Shown here: piece after piece, positions 1-11,939 of the stretch
Numbering within the stretch: the first letter of the stretch is position 1
Layout: every line of letters begins with the position of its first letter
Assembly: GCF_018350175.1 (NCBI RefSeq)
Contig: NC_058383.1
Location: forward strand, 24,244,001 to 24,308,000
Reading direction: 5' to 3'
Length of the DNA: 64,000 nucleotides
Origin: Felis catus
Taxonomy: Eukaryota
Position numbers and translations under genes: made by a program
The notes under the pieces: generated by a model
Told to the model about the DNA's origin: nothing
Database searches by the model: none
The model's input: the letters and a program-made list of their open reading frames with translations, nothing else

Positions 1-3000
1 ACACGTGTTGTTGCCTGAGTTGCTAATGTTAGCCATTCTGACAGGAGTGAGGTAGTATCTCATGGTGGCTTTGACTTGTATTTCCCTGATGATGAGTGAT
101 GTTGAGAATTTTTTCATGTGTCGGTTGGCCATCTGGATGTCTTCTTTGGAGAAGTGTCTATTCATGTCTTTTGCCCATTTCGCCACTGGATTATTTGTTT
201 TTTTGGGTGTGGAGTTTGATAAGTTCTTTATAGATTTTGGATACTAACCCTTTATCTGATATGTCACTTGCAAATATCTTCTCCCATTCTGTCGGTTGCC
301 TTTGAGTTTTTCTGATTGTTTCCTTCGCTGTGTGGAAGCTTTTTATTTTGATGAGGTCCCAATAAGTTAATTTTTGCTTCAGTTTCCCTTGCCTTCAGAG
401 ACGTGTTGAGTAAGAAGTTGCTGCAGCCAAGGTCAAAGAGGTTTTTGCCTGCTTTCTCCTCAACGATTTTAATGGCTTCCTGTCTTACATTTAGGTCTTT
501 CATCCATTTTATTTTTGTGTATGGTGTAAAAAAGTGGTCCAGGTTCATTCTTCTGCATGCCGCTGTCCAGTTTTCCCAGCACCACTTGCTGAAGAGACTG
601 TCTTTATTCCATTGGATATTCTTTCCTGCTTTGTCAAAGATTAGTTGACCATACATTTGTGGGTCCATTTCTGGGTTCTCTATTCTGTTCCATTGATCTG
701 AGTGTCTGTTTTTGTGCCAGTACCGTACTGTCTTGATGATTTTGGCTTTGTAAAACAGCTTGAAGTCTGGAATTGTGATGCCTCCTGCTTTTTCTTTTTC
801 AAGATTGCTTTGGCTATTTCGGGTCTTTTGTGGTTCCAAACAAATTTTAGGATTGTGTGTTCTACCTCTGTGAAGAATGCTGGTGTTAAAATTTTGATAG
901 GTATTGCATTGACTATGTAGATCGCTTTGGGTAGTATTGACATTTTAACAATATTTGTTCTTCCTATCCAGAAACATGGAATATTTTTCCTTTTTGTGTG
1001 TGTCTTCCTCAATTTCTTTCATAAGTTTTCTAGTTTTCAGTGTATAGGTCTTTCACTTCTTTGGCTAGATTTATTCCTAGGTATTTTATGGGTTGGTGCA
1101 ACTGTAAATGGGATTGATTCCTTGAATTCTTCTTCCATTGCTTCATTATTGGTGTATAGGAATGCAACTGATTTCTGTGCATTGATTTTATATCCTGCAA
1201 CCTTGCTGAATTCATGGATCAGTTCTAGCAGTTTTTTGGTGGAATCCTTTGGGTTTTCCATATAGAGTATCATGTCATCTGTGAAGAGTGAAAGTGTGAC
1301 CTCCCCTGCCTGATTTGGATGCCTTTTATTTCTTTGTGTTGTCTGATTGCAGAGGCTAAAACTTCCAATACTATGTTGAATAACAGTGGCGAGAGTAGAC
1401 ATCCCTGTCTTGTTCCTGATCTTAGGTGGAAAGCCCTCAGTTTTTCCCCATGAGGATGATATTAGCATTGGGTCTTTCATATATGACCTTTATGATCTCG
1501 AGGTATACTCCTTCTATCCCTACTTTCTTGAGGGCTTTTATCAAGAAAGGATGCTGTATTTTGTCAAATGCTTTCTCTGCATTTATTGAGAGGATCATTT
1601 GATTCTTGTCCTTTCTTTTATTGATGTGATGAATCACGTTAATTGTTTTGTGGATATTGAACCAGCCCTGCATCCCAGTTATAAGTCCCACTTGGTCGTG
1701 GTGAATAATTTTTTTAATGTATTGTTGGATCCAGTTGGCTAATATCTTGTTGAGGATTTTTGCATCCATGTTCATCAGGGAAATTGGTCTATAGTTCTCC
1801 TTCTTAGTGGGGTATCTGTCTGATTTTGGAATCAAGGTAATGCTGGCTTCATAAAAAGAGTTTGGGAGTTTTCCTTCCATTTCTATTTTTTGGAACAGCT
1901 TCAAGAGAATAGGTGTTAACTCTTCCTTAAATGTTTGGTAGAATTATCCTGGAAAGCCATCTGGCCATGGACTCTTGTTTTTTGGGGAGATTTTTGATTA
2001 TTAATTTAATTTCTTTACTGGTTCTGGGTCTGTTCAAATTTTCTATTTTTTCCTGTTTCAGTTTGGTTGTTTATATGTTTCTAGGAATTTGTCCATTTTT
2101 TCCAGATTGCCCATTTTATTGGCATATAATTGCTCATAATATTCTCTTATTATTGTTTTTATTTCTGCTGTGTTGGTTGTGATCTCCCCTCTTTCATTGT
2201 CGATTTTAGTTACTTGGGTCCTTTACTTTTTCCTTTTGATCAAACTGGCTAGTGGTTTATCAATTTTGTGAATTCTTTCAAAGAACTAGCTTCTGGTTTC
2301 ATTGATCTGTTCTACTGTTTTTTTGTTGTTTTTTTTTTTGGTTTTGATAGCATTGATTTCTTCTCTAATCTTTATTTTTTCTTGTCTTCTGCTGGTTTTG
2401 GGTTTTAGTTGTTGTTCTTTTTACATGTCTTTAAGGTGTAAGGTTAGGTTGTGTATCTGAGAACTTTCTTCCTTCTTTAGGAAGGCCTGGATTGCTATAT
2501 GCTTCCCTCTTATAACCACCTTTGCTGAGTCCCAGAGGTTTTGGGCTGTGGTGCTTTCATTTTCATTGGCTTCCATGTACTTTTTAATTTCCTCATTAAC
2601 TTCTTGGGTAGCCCATTCATTGTTTAGTAGGACGTTCTTTAGTATCCAAGTATTTGTTATCTTTCCAAATTTTTTCTTCGAGTTGTGGTCTGAAAATATG
2701 CACGGTATAATCTCGATCTTTTTGTACTTCTTGAGGGCTGATTTGTGTCCCAGTATGTGATCTATTCTGGAGAAAGTTCCATGTGCACTGGAGAAGAATG
2801 TATATTCCACTATTTAGCACAAAATGTTCTGAATATATCTGTTAAGTCCACCTGGTCCATTGTGTCATTCAAAGCCATTGTTTTCTTGTTGATTTTCTGT
2901 TTAGATGATCTGTCCATTGCTGTAAGTGGGGTGTGGAAGTCCCATACTATTATGGTATTACTATCAATAAGTTTATGTTTGTGATTAATTGATTCATATA

Positions 3001-3026
3001 TTTGGTTGCTGCCACATTTGGAGCAT
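1..3026 (-). mobile_element. L1 (carnivore type), decayed ORF2 from the endonuclease domain to the C-terminal region; continues past the window start
   Basis: Fragmented ORF2 peptides in the ORF track ([37 protein letters not shown]). Confidence 0.95.
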
Positions 3027-3234
3027 TTTATTCCATTTATTGAAGGTCTGATATCTTCCACTTGTGTCTTCAGTACAGTCACTATCTTTATGTTCTATTG
3101 ATCTTTGTGTCTACTTTTGTGCCAGTACCATACTGTTTTGATCACTACAGCTTTGTAGTATATCTTGAAATCTGGGATTTTGATACCTCCAGCTTTGTTC
3201 TTCCTTAGGATTGCTTTGGCTATTCAGGCTCTTT

Positions 3235-6200
3235 TTTTAAAATATGAAATTTATTGTCAAATTCGTTTCCATATAACACCCAGTGCTCATCCCAACAGGT
3301 GCCCTCCCCAACACCAATCACCCTCCCCCCACCCTCCCATCCCCCCATAAACCCTCAGATTGTTCTCAGTTTCTGAGAGTCTCTTATGTTTTGGCTCCAT
3401 CCCATTCTAACCTTTCTTTTTTTTTTCCTTCCCCTCCCCCATGGTCTTCTGTTAAGTCTCTCAGGATCCACATAAGAATGAAAACATATGGTATCTGTCT
3501 TTCTCTGTATGACTTATTTCACTTAGCATAACACTCTCCAGTTCCATCCACGTTGCTACAAAGGGCCATATTTCGTTCTTTCTCATTGCCATGTAGTACT
3601 CCATTGTGTATATAAACCACAATTTCTTTATCCATTCATCAGTTGATGGGACATTTAGGCTTTTTCCATAATTTGGCTATTATTGAGAGTGCTGCTATAA
3701 ACATTGGGGTACAAGTGCCCCTATGCATCCGCACTCCTGTATCCCTTGGGTAAATTCCTAGCAGTGCTATTGCTGGGTCATAGGGTAGGTCTATTTTTAA
3801 TTTTTTGAGGAACCTACACACTGTTTTCCAGAGTGGCTGCACCAGTTTGCATTCCAACCAACAGTGCAAAGGGTTCCCGTTTCTCCACATCCTCTCCAGC
3901 ATCTATAGTCTCCTGATTTGTTCATTTTGGCCACTCTGACTGGCGTGAGGTGATAGCTGAGTGTGCTTTTGATTTGTATTTCCCTGATGAGGATCGACGT
4001 TGAGCATCTTTTCATGTGCCTGTTGGCCATCCGGATGTCTTCTTTAGAGAAGTGTCTATTCATGTTTTCTGCCCATTTCTTCACTGGGTTATTTGTTTTT
4101 GGGGTGTGGAGTTTGGTGAGCTCTTTATCGATTTTGGATACTAGCCCTTTGTCCGATATGTCATTTGCAAATATCTTTTCCCATTCTGTTGGTTGCCTTT
4201 TAGTTTTGTTGGTTGTTTCCTTTGCATTGCAGAAGCTTTTTATCTTCATGAGGTCCCAATAGTCCATTTTTGCTTTTAATTCGCTAGCCTTTGGGGATGT
4301 GTTAAGTAAGAAATTGTTGCGGCTGAGGTGAGAGAGGTTTTTCCCTGCTTTCTCCTCTAGGGTTTTGATGGTTTCCTGTCTCACATTCAGGTCCTTCATC
4401 CATTTTGACTTTACTTTTGTGATGGTGTAAGAAAGTGGTCTAGTTTCATTCTTCTGCATGTTGCTGTGCAATTTTCCCAGCATCATTTGTTAAAGAGACT
4501 GTCTTTTTTCCATTGGATATTTTTTCCTGCTTTGTCAAAGATGAGTTGGCCATACTTTTGTGGGTCCAATTCTGGAGTCTCTATTCCAGTCCATTGGTCT
4601 ATGTGTCTGTTTTTGTGCCAATACCATGCTGTCTTGATGATTACAGCTTTATAGTAGAGGCTAAAGTCTGAGGTTGTGATGCCTCCTGCTTTGGTCTTCT
4701 TCAAAATTACTTTGGCTATTTGGGGCCTTTTGTGGTTCCATATGAATTTTAGGATTGCTTGTTCTAGCTTCGAGAAGAATGCTGGTGCAATTTGGATTGG
4801 GATTGCATTGAATGTGTAGATAGCTTTGGGTAGTATTGACATTTTGACAATATGTATTCTTCCAATCCATGAGCATGAATGTTTTTCCATTTCTTTATAT
4901 CTTCGTCAATTTCCTTCATAAGCTTTCTATAGTTTTCAGCATACAGATCTTTTACATCTTTCGTTAGGTTTATTCCTAGGTATTTTATGCTTCTTGGTGC
5001 AATTGTGAATGGGATCAGTTTCTTTATTTGTCTTTCTGTTGCTTCATTATTAGTGTATAAGAATGCAACTGATTTCTGTACATTGATTTTGTATCCTGCA
5101 ACTTTGCAGAATTCATGCATCAGTTCTAGTAGACTTTTGTCGGAGTCTATCAGGTTTTCCATGTATATCATGTCATCTGCAAAAAGTGAAAGCTTGACTT
5201 CAACTTGCCAATTTTGATGCCTTTGATTTCCCTTTGTTGTCCGATTGCTGATTGTTGTCTGATTTTGCTGTCTGATTGCTGATTCCAACACTATGTCAAA
5301 CAACAGCGGTGAGAGTGGACATCCCTGTCGTGTTCCTGATCTCAGGGGGAAAGCTCTCAGTGTTTCCCCATTAAGGATGATATTAGCTGTGGGCTTTTCA
5401 TAAATGGATTTTATGATCTTTAAGTATGTTCCTTCTATCCCGACTTTCTCAAGGGTTTTATTAAGAAAGAATGCTGAATGTTGTCAAATGCTTTTTCTGC
5501 ATTGACTGACAGGATCATATGGTTCTTTTCTTTTCTTTTATGATGTGATGTATCACACTGATTGATTTGTGAATGTTGAACAAGGCCTTCAGCCCAGAAA
5601 TGAATCCCACTTGATCATGGTGAATAATTCTTTTTATAAGCTGTTGAGTTCAATTTGCCAGTATCTTGTTGAGAATTTTTGCATCCATAATCATCAGGGA
5701 TTTTGGCCTGTAGTTCTTTTTTTTGCTGGGTCTCTGTCTGGTTTAGGAATCAAAGTAATACTGGCTTCATAGAATGAGTCTGGAAGTTTTCCTTCCCTTT
5801 CTATTTCTTGGCACAGCTTGAGAAGGATAGGTATTATCTCTGCTTTAGATGTCTGGTGGAATTCCCCAGGGAAGCCATCTGGTCCTGGACTCTTATTTGT
5901 TGGGAGACTTTTGATAACTGATTCAATTTCTTCGCTGGTTATGGGTCTGTTCAAGTTTTCTATTTCTTCCTGTTTGAGTTTTGGAAGAGTGTGGGTGCTT
6001 AGGAATTTGTCCATTTCTTCCAGGTTGTCCAATTTGTTGGCATATAATTTTTCCTAGTATTCCCTGATAATTGCTTGTATCTCTGAGGTATTGGTTGCAA
6101 TAATTCCATTTTCATTCATGATTTTATCATTTGGGTCATCTCCCATTTTTTTTGAGAAGCCTGGCTAGAGGTTTATCAATTGTGTTTATTTTTTCAAAAA

Positions 6201-9200
6201 ACCAACTCTTGTTTCCATTGATCTGCTCTACAGTTTTTTTAGATTCTATATTGTCTATTTCTGCTCTGATATTTATTATTTCTCTTCTTCTTCTGGGTTT
6301 AGGGTGTCTCTGCTGTTCTGTTTCTATTTCCTTTAGTTGTGCTGTTAGATTTTGTATTTGGGATTTTTCTTGTTTCTTGAGATAGGCCTGGATTACAATG
6401 TATTTTCCTCTCAGGACTGCCTTTGCTGCATCCCAAAGCATTTGGATTGTTTTATTTTCATTTTCATTTGTTTCCATATATTTTTTAATGTCTTCTCTAA
6501 TTGCCTGGTTGACCATTGGTTCTTTAGTAGGGTGTTCTTTAACCTCCAGGCTTTTGGAGGTTTTCCAGAATTTTTCCTGTGGTTGACTTGAAGTTTCATA
6601 GCATTGTGGTCTGAAAGTGTGCATGGTATGATGTCACGTCTTTTATACTTATGAAGGGCTGTTTTGTGACCCAGTATGTGATCTGGAGAAGGTTCCATGT
6701 GCACTTGAGAAGAAAGTATATTCTGTTGCTTTGGGATGCAGAGTTCTAAATATATGTGTCAAGTCCGTCTGATCCAATGTATCATTCAGGGCCCTTGTTT
6801 CTTTATTGATCCTGTGTCTAGATGATCTATCCCTTGTTGTAAGTGGAGCATTAAAGTCCCCTGCAATTACCACATTCTTATCAATAAGGTTGCTTATGTT
6901 GTGATTGTTTTATATATTTGGGGGCTCCCGTATTCGGCGCATAGACATTTATAATTGTTAGCTCTTCCTGATGGATAGACTCTGTAATTATTATATAATG
7001 TCCTCCTTCATCTCTTGTTACAGCCTTTAATTTAAAGTCTAGTTTGTCTGATATAAGTATGGCTACTCCAGTTTTCTTTTGACTTCCAATAGCATGATAG
7101 ATGGTTCTCCATCCCCTCACTTTCAATCTGAAGGTGTCCTCAGGTCTAAAATGAGTCTCTTGTAGACAGCAAATAGATGGGTCTTGTTTTTTTTTTTTTT
7201 TATCCATTCTGATACCCTATGTCTTTTGTTGGAGCATTTAGTCCATTTACATTCAGTGTTATTATTGAAAGAGATGGGTTTAGAGTCATTGTGATGTCTG
7301 TAGGTTTCATGCTTGTAGTCAGGTCTCTGGTACTTTGTGGTCCTTGCAACATTTCACTCACAGAATCCCCCTTAGGATCTCTTGTAGGGCTGGTTTAGTG
7401 GTGATGAATTCCTTCAGTTTTTGTTTGTTTGGGAAGACCGTTATGTCTCTTTCTATTCTGAATGACAGACTTGCTGGGTAAAGTATTCTCAGCTGCATAT
7501 TTTTTTCTGTTCATCACATTGAATATTTCCTGCCATTCTTTTCTGGCCTGCCAAGTTTCAGTAGATAGGTCTGTCACTAGTCTTACAGCTTTCCCTTTAT
7601 ATGTTAGGGCCTGTTTATCCCTAGCTGCTTTCAGAATTTTCTCTTTGTCCTTGTATTTTACCAGTTTCACTATGATATGTCATGCAGAAGACCAATTCAA
7701 GTTATGTCTGAAGGGAGTTCTCTGTGCCTCTTGGATTTCAATGCCTTTTTCTTTTCCCAGATGAGTGAAGTTCTCAGCTATGATTTGTTCAAGTACACCT
7801 TCAGCCCCTTTCTCTCTTCTTCTTTTGGAATTCCTATGATACAGATATTGTTCTGTTTGATTGCATCACTTAGTTCTCTAATTCTCCCCTCACACTCCTG
7901 GATTTTTTTTATCTGTTTCACCGCTCCTTTTTTCCATAATTTTATCTTCTAATTCATCTATTCTCTCCTCTGCCTCTTCAATCCAAGCTGTGGTTGCCTC
8001 CATTTTTATTTTGCAGCTCATTTATAGCATTTTTGAGCTCCTCCCAAGTATTTGTTAGTTCCTTTATCCCTGTAGCAATAGATTCTCTGGTGTCCTCTAT
8101 ACTTTTTTCAAGCCCAGCAATTAATTTTATGACCATTATTCTAAATTCACTTTCTGTTATATTGTTTAAATCGTTTTTGATCAGTTCTTTAGCTGTTGCT
8201 ACTTCCTGGAGTTTTTTTTTTTTTAATTTTTTTTTCAACGTTTTTATTTATTTTTGGGACAGAGAGAGACAGAGCATGAACGGGGGAGGGACAGAGAGAG
8301 AGGGAGACACAGAATCGGAAACAGCCTCCAGGCTCCGAGCCATCAGCCCAGAGCCTGACGCGGGGCTCGAACTCACGGACCCTGAGATCGTGACCTGGCT
8401 GAAGTCGGACGCTTAACTGACTGCGCCACCCAGGCGCCCCCTGGAGTTTCTTTTGAGGAGAGTTCTTCCGTTCATCATTTTGGATAGTCTCTGGGGTGGC
8501 GCAGAACTGCAAGGCATTTCCCCTGTGCTGTCTGGAGTGACTTGTGTTGGTGGGTGGGTCCACAGTCAGACCCGATGTCTGTCCCCAGCCCACCACTGGG
8601 GCCAGAGTCAGACTGCTGTGTACCTTATCTTCCCCTCTCTGAGGGGCGGGACTCACTGTGGAGTGGTGTGGCCCCTGTCTGGGATACTTGCACACTGCCA
8701 GGCTTGTGGTGCTGCTTTGATGGGATCTGTTGTGTTGTCCAGGTGGATCCACAAGGTGAACAGGGGTGGAAGGGGCAGGCTCAGCTTGCTTTGCCATCGG
8801 TGGTCCCCTGTGGGAGGGGCCCTGCAGCACTGGGAGCGAGGCTGACCCATCGGAGGGATGGATCCACAGAAGCACAGTGTTGGGTGTTGTCTGGTGCAAG
8901 CAGGTTAGGGGAACTTGTTCCCTTCGAGGTTTCATCTGGCAGATGGGAGAGGGAGATGGTGCTGACCAGGGCCTTTGTTCCCCGCTGAGCTGAGCTTTGT
9001 CTTCTGGGGCTCAGCAGCTCTCCCTCCTGGTATCCTCTTGTCATCCTGTTCTCTGAGCAGAGCTGTTGACATAACATTCCAGATGTTAAGTACTGCTGGC
9101 TGTCAGCACTCATGCAGTCCAGCCCCTCCGCTTTTGCAAGCCAGACTCAGGGATTCCAGCTTGCCGGGTGGGCTGCCCCTCCACTGCCGTGGTTCCCTCC

Positions 9201-9397
9201 TGCCAGTCCGTGTAGCATGCACCGCCTCTCTGCCCTTCCTACCCTCTTCTGTTGGCCTCTTGTCTATGCTTGGCTCTGGAGAGTCCCTTCTGCTAGTCTT
9301 CTGGTGGTTTTCTGGGTTTTTAGGCAGGTGTGGGTGGAATTCAAGTGATCAGCCAGACGAGGTGAGCCCAGCCTCCTCCTACGCCGCCATCTTCCAA
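3235..9397 (-). mobile_element. Near full-length feline-type L1 (5'UTR, ORF1, ORF2, 3'UTR), both ORFs disrupted
   Basis: 5' end ggaagatggcggcgtaggagg at about 9395; 3' end with AATAAA and A tail at about 3235-3255. Degenerate TSD tattcaggctcttt (3221-3234) / tattcatgcgcttt (9402-9415). Confidence 0.93.
8215..8440 (-). mobile_element. Young CAN-SINE (SINEC_Fc-like) inside L1 ORF1
   Basis: tRNA-derived head, CT-rich stretch and A tail; CpGs intact; TSD ctggagttt on both sides. Confidence 0.95.
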
Positions 9398-10827
9398 AAA
9401 TTATTCATGCGCTTTTATGGTTCCATTCAAATTTCAGTATTATTTGTTATAGTTTTGTGAAAATGCTATTTGCATTTTGACAGGGATTGCATTGAGCCTG
9501 TAGATTGCTTTGGATAATGTGGACATTTTGACAATATTAATTCTTCTAACCCATGAGCATGGAATATCTTTCCATTTGTTTGTGTTATTTTTAATTTCTT
9601 TCATCAGTATTTTATTTTTTTCATAGATATTTACAACTAATATATCCTTTGACTGATCCTGATCCTTTGACTGATCCTTTATCATTATGTACTGTATTGT
9701 TACAGTTTTTGTTTTAAAGTCTATTTTGTCAGACAATATTGCTAGCCTGGATTTATTTTTCACATTCATTTGCATGGTCAATGTTTTTCCATCCCTTCAC
9801 TTTCAGTCTGTACGCATTTTTAGATCTGATGTGGGTCTCTTGTAGGAAGCATTATAGATGGGTCTTGGGTTTTTTCCCCCCATTTTGATACTCTGTGTCT
9901 TTTGAGTGACATGGATTATGAGCATTTAGTCCATTTACATTTAAAGTAATTATTGATAGGTATGTAACTACTGCCATTTAAAATTTTGTTTTCTATTTTT
10001 TATTTTTAGTTTTGCTTTGTTCCTTTCTTCTCTTGCTTTTTCTCTGGTCAATGTGTATCTATAGTGTTTTGTTTGGCTCTATTTTTGTGTGTATTTATCA
10101 CAGGTTTTGGGTTTGTGGTTACCATGAGATTTATATATAACATCATAATACCAGTTCATATTAATTTGATGGTCATTTAAGTTCAAACACATTTAAAAAA
10201 AAACAAAGAAAATTGTTTTTCTTTTTCCTTCTTTTCTGTCTTTAGTTTCTTATCCACATTCAAGTAAATATTGTCTTATTTTACATCTTTTTATTCACAT
10301 TTTTCATTTGCATAATTATGGCCACTTTTGGACTTAAAGAAGTCCCTTTAACATTTCTTGTGAGGTTAGTTTAGTGGTGATTAACTCCTTTATCTTTTGT
10401 GTGAGAACTCTATTATCTCTCTTTCAAATCTGAATGGTAATCTTGCTGGGTAGAGTATTCTTGGCTGTAGGTTTTCTTTCTTTTTGGCACTTTCAATGTA
10501 TCATACCATTGCCTTCTGGCTTACAAGATTTCTGCTGAAAAATAAGCTAGTAGTCTTATAGGTTTTCCCTTATAGGTAAATTTTTGTTTGTTTTTCTGAT
10601 TTTAGGATTCTCTATCTTTAACCTTTGAAATTTTAATTATTATGTTCCATGGTGTAGACTTCCTTGTGTTCATCTTGTTTGGGACTCTCTGTACTTCTTG
10701 GACTTGGATGTCTATTTTCCTCCCTAGGTTATGGAAGTTTTCAGTTACTATTTCTTCAAATAAGTTTTCTACACTTCCTTCTTCTTCTTCTCCTTTGACC
10801 CTAAAATGTTTTTGGGATGCTAATGTT

Positions 10828-11283
10828 TGTGGGGAAATAGATTCTACTTACATAAATGGGTTAGAAAAAAGCTTAGGGTGGAAAGCCACCACCATAGGAC
10901 AAAAGTGCCCAAGGATAGCTAGCGAGATACTGTAATGGGATCACGAGTAACTTGTCATATCACCTGCAGGAAATTACTTTCCATCTGATGCCAATATACT
11001 ATTGTACTTTGATCACGAACTCCACTTGCCCCCAGCCCAGACCGTTTGCTTCCTACACAACTTAATGATTACTGTCTGATTCTTTTCTCCACATTCAACT
11101 GTGTAAGATCTTATTTTCTTCACGTTTACCACGTGGGTAATATCTTGTGGGCTCAATAAATACAGAGATGAAACCACTGTTTGGGGCTCTTGTCTCCTCC
11201 CAGACATTAGCCTCTCTTGTTTTCATTTCTGCATCTGCTCTCTTGCTGGACGGGAGAGAACTCCAGACTCATAGTCTACAACA
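10828..11283 (+). mobile_element. Solo LTR of an endogenous retrovirus, 456 bp
   Basis: TG...CA termini (tgtggggaaa...ctacaaca), AATAAA at 11155, 6-bp TSD aatgtt (10822-10827 and 11284-11289); interrupts continuous L1 sequence. Confidence 0.82.
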
Positions 11284-11939
11284 AATGTTTGTTTGCTTTA
11301 TATTGCCCAGGAAATCTCTTAATCTATCCTTATTTTAAAACATTATTTTCTGTTCAGCTTGTGTGCTTTCCATTACTCTGTCTTCCAGATTACTAGTATG
11401 TTTTTCTGAATCCTCTAATCTGTTGATTCCCTCTAGTGTTTTTTTAAATTTTAGTTATTGTATTCTTCAGCTTTGATTGGTTATTTTTAATGTTTTCTTC
11501 TCTTTATTGGAAGTCTGAGTTCTTCCATTGGTATCTTCAGTCCAGTCAGTATCTTTATGGTAATTACTTAAAATTTTTTTGTCACGTAGATTGCTTATCT
11601 CTATTTCATTTAATTGTTTTACTGAGGTTTTGTCTTGTTCTTTCCTTTGGACGATATTCCTCTATCTTCCCATTTTGCTTGACATTCTGTGTTTGTTTCT
11701 ATGGATTAGATGAAATGGCTACTTCTCCTAAAGTTAAAGGAGTGGTCTTGTGTATGCTGACCCCCTATAGACTGTGTGCTTGTTGACTTTTAATGGCTGG
11801 TTGGAGCTGTGGCTGAACATGCTAGTTATATTTTGAACTGTGGCTTTTTACAGAGAATAAAGAAAAACTAAATAATTTTAAAAAGAAAAGAGATAAAAGA
11901 TAAAGAAGATAAGAAAAAAGAGAAAAAAACAAAAAAATA

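Noticed and set aside
8189..9460. Cluster of overlapping GC-rich ORFs up to 248 aa
   Set aside because: These are chance frames across the L1 5'UTR and an inserted SINE.
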